This document shows positions 61,919 through 64,000 of a stretch of DNA of 64,000 nt, piece after piece. The notes under the pieces are model-generated. The model did no database searches. It was not told where the DNA came from and saw nothing but the letters and a program-made list of their open reading frames with translations. This DNA is from Octopus sinensis. Lineage: Eukaryota. A program made the position numbers and the translations under genes. The stretch is from positions 8,742,001-8,806,000 of the forward strand of contig NC_043007.1 of NCBI RefSeq assembly GCF_006345805.1. Direction: 5' to 3'. Within the stretch, counting starts at the first letter, position 1, and the number at the start of each line of letters is the position of its first letter.

Positions 61919-62331
61919 AGGCGCAGGTGTGGCTGTGTGGTAAGTAGCTTGTTTACCAACCACATGGTTCCGGGTTCAGTCCCACTGCGTGGCACCTTGG
62001 GCAAGTGACTTCTACTATAGCCTCGGGCCGACCAAAGCCTTGTGAGTGGATTTGGTAGACGGAAACTGAAAGAATCCCGTCGTATATATGTATATATGTA
62101 TATATGTGCGTGTGTGTGTTTGTGTGTCTGTGTTTGTCCCCCCTGCTTGACAACCGATGCTGGTGTGTTTATGTTCCCGTTACTTAGCGGTTCGGCAAAA
62201 GAGCCCGATAGAATAAGTACTGGGCTTACAAAAGAATAAGTCCCGATGTCGAGTTGCTCGATTAAAGGCGGTGCTCCAGCATGGCCGCAGTCAAATGACT
62301 GAAACAAGTAAAAGAGTAAAAGAGTAAAAAG
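61919..62331 (+). mobile_element. SINE B, full length
   Basis: Near-consensus copy in (TA)n. Confidence 0.92.
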
Positions 62332-62834
62332 TATATATATATATATATATGGAGGATTTTGCAGATTTACCAGACACACACACAGACATCTATCTGCTAA
62401 ATCTGCTAAGTCATCCATACATTTTTATGTGCGCGCGTGTGTGTGTGTATGTGTGTATGGAGGACAATAATGATGATGAGAATAACGACGAGGAGGAAGA
62501 TGAAGATGACCCCGACAATGTCGATGAGTACAACCATGCTTATGATGGTAGTTTTGTTACTAATTATGGTGATGGTAATTATTTTTATCTTTCAATCAGG
62601 CGGGAATGCAGCATATAGGGTCTCAGAGTTCGATTGATTTGAACAGAATAAACTCTGCGTAAGGCACCCAGTGCACAATATGGTGGTGTGGTAGCTAAAA
62701 TCTACTACTCATATAAACTAAAGCTGCATTTAAATTTCGAACGGAAGAAAGCCGGAACAAACACGGTTATGCATATGAAACAATGTCCTTGCAATGTGAC
62801 CGATTCATCATCACATGATATTAATGAGGATAAT

Positions 62835-63000
62835 AGGCGCAGGAGTGGCTGTGTGGTAAGTAGCTTGCTTACCTACCACATAGTTCCGAGTCCCGTCCCA
62901 CTGCGTGGCACCTTGGACACGTGTCTTCTACTATAGCCTCGGGCCGACCAATGCCTTGTGAGTGGATTTGGTAGACGGAAACTGAAAGAAGCCCGTCGTG

Positions 63001-63033
<33 letters not shown>

Positions 63034-63240
63034 TCATGTATGTATGCATGTGTTTGTGTGTCTGTGTTTCCCCCCCCCCCAACATCGCTTGACAACCGAT
63101 GCTGATGTGTTTAGCGGTACGGCAAGAGAAACCGATAGAATAAGTACTAGGCTTACAAAGAATAAGTCCTGGGGTCGATTTGATCGACTAAATGCGGTGC
63201 TCCAGCATGGCGCAGTCAAATGACTGAAACAAATAAAGAA
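62835..63240 (+). mobile_element. SINE B, full length
   Basis: Head aggcgcaggagtggctgtgtgg to tail aatgactgaaacaaat. Confidence 0.9.
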
Positions 63241-64000
63241 TAATTATGATGACGACGATGATAATGGCGAGGATGATGACGTCAACGAGGATACCTACGC
63301 AGGCGTTCTTCATCGTGCGGGTATGGAGTCTGCAAGGAACTGACTCATAGTTACATAACTTTACATACTTCTTCTCACCAAATCTTACTCTAATTAAAAC
63401 TGACATTACGTCTCCCTCTCGCCTTTAGATTTTATGCCTCAAAATTTGACAAATCATTCACCGCATAATGTCAATGTTTGTGGTGCTAATATTGATACGA
63501 ATCTAGCGATGCAACATAAACTAAATTATATAACTGCTAGAGATATGGATACAGATATGGATATTTTTGTAGGAGATATATCTTGTAGAAAACATATTAA
63601 GTACGTCATACATAGATTATTTAGAATCAGTGCTACATCAAAAATAATAATGCAGATTCGTCTAAGTATGCAACTACCCATAGGGGAAGTTTCTTCAATG
63701 TCATAACATATTTCTAATTTACCTTAATGCATACATTCCTTACCACATGTTTCTATAAGAAAACCACATAGCTTCGTAACAAATAATAAATATAGGTTTT
63801 TATACACTTTTGTGAGAAAGTGTTATTTTCTAAGACTTCTTAGCATCCGATGTAATCTCAGAACTTTCGCTCGCTCTGCAGCTAAAAGACAAATATTGCG
63901 CACCATTATCCCATTATCGTTTATTCATATATCTTCAAGATTTAATAAGATTATCGCTTCTTCAATAATCTCTTCATGTCACCTATCTATTAATTAACGC

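Noticed and set aside
63434-63997. 90-aa plus-strand ORF and a possible minus-strand terminal exon near 63815-63870
   Set aside because: No recognisable homology; such splice-like signals are expected by chance in AT-rich DNA.

Overview
AT-rich, microsatellite-saturated animal genomic DNA. The repeat families look like those of an octopus; that assignment is pattern recognition, not a database hit. I found no intact host gene, tRNA or CRISPR array, and nearly every ORF in the track is a translation of simple repeats. The window is a collection of mobile-element remnants: four tRNA-derived SINE families (working names A-D, about 40 copies); a 5'-truncated L1/Tx1-clade LINE plus two 3'-end fragments; two decayed Penelope-like (RT + GIY-YIG) elements; about ten short Penelope pLTR-like units, several carrying minimal hammerhead-ribozyme (HHR) motifs; RTE fragments; Tc1/mariner remnants (mariner, maT DD37D, Tigger-like MITE); hAT MITEs; and Helitron/HINE-like elements. 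The most interesting pattern is an apparent microsatellite-niche retroelement system. All three Tx1 copies sit inside (TATC)n in the same orientation. The most abundant SINE shares its last ~50 nt and a 3' hairpin with that Tx1. Hammerhead-bearing Penelope derivatives instead end at (TA)n. Other oddities are a 240-bp near-perfect palindrome carrying half a hammerhead, a recurring GAAA...AGTA...CTGANGA motif, a 52-bp minisatellite rich in STAT/ETS-like motifs inside a 1.12-kb tandem duplication, and SINE multimers with recurrent junctions. Coordinates of degenerate repeats are approximate.
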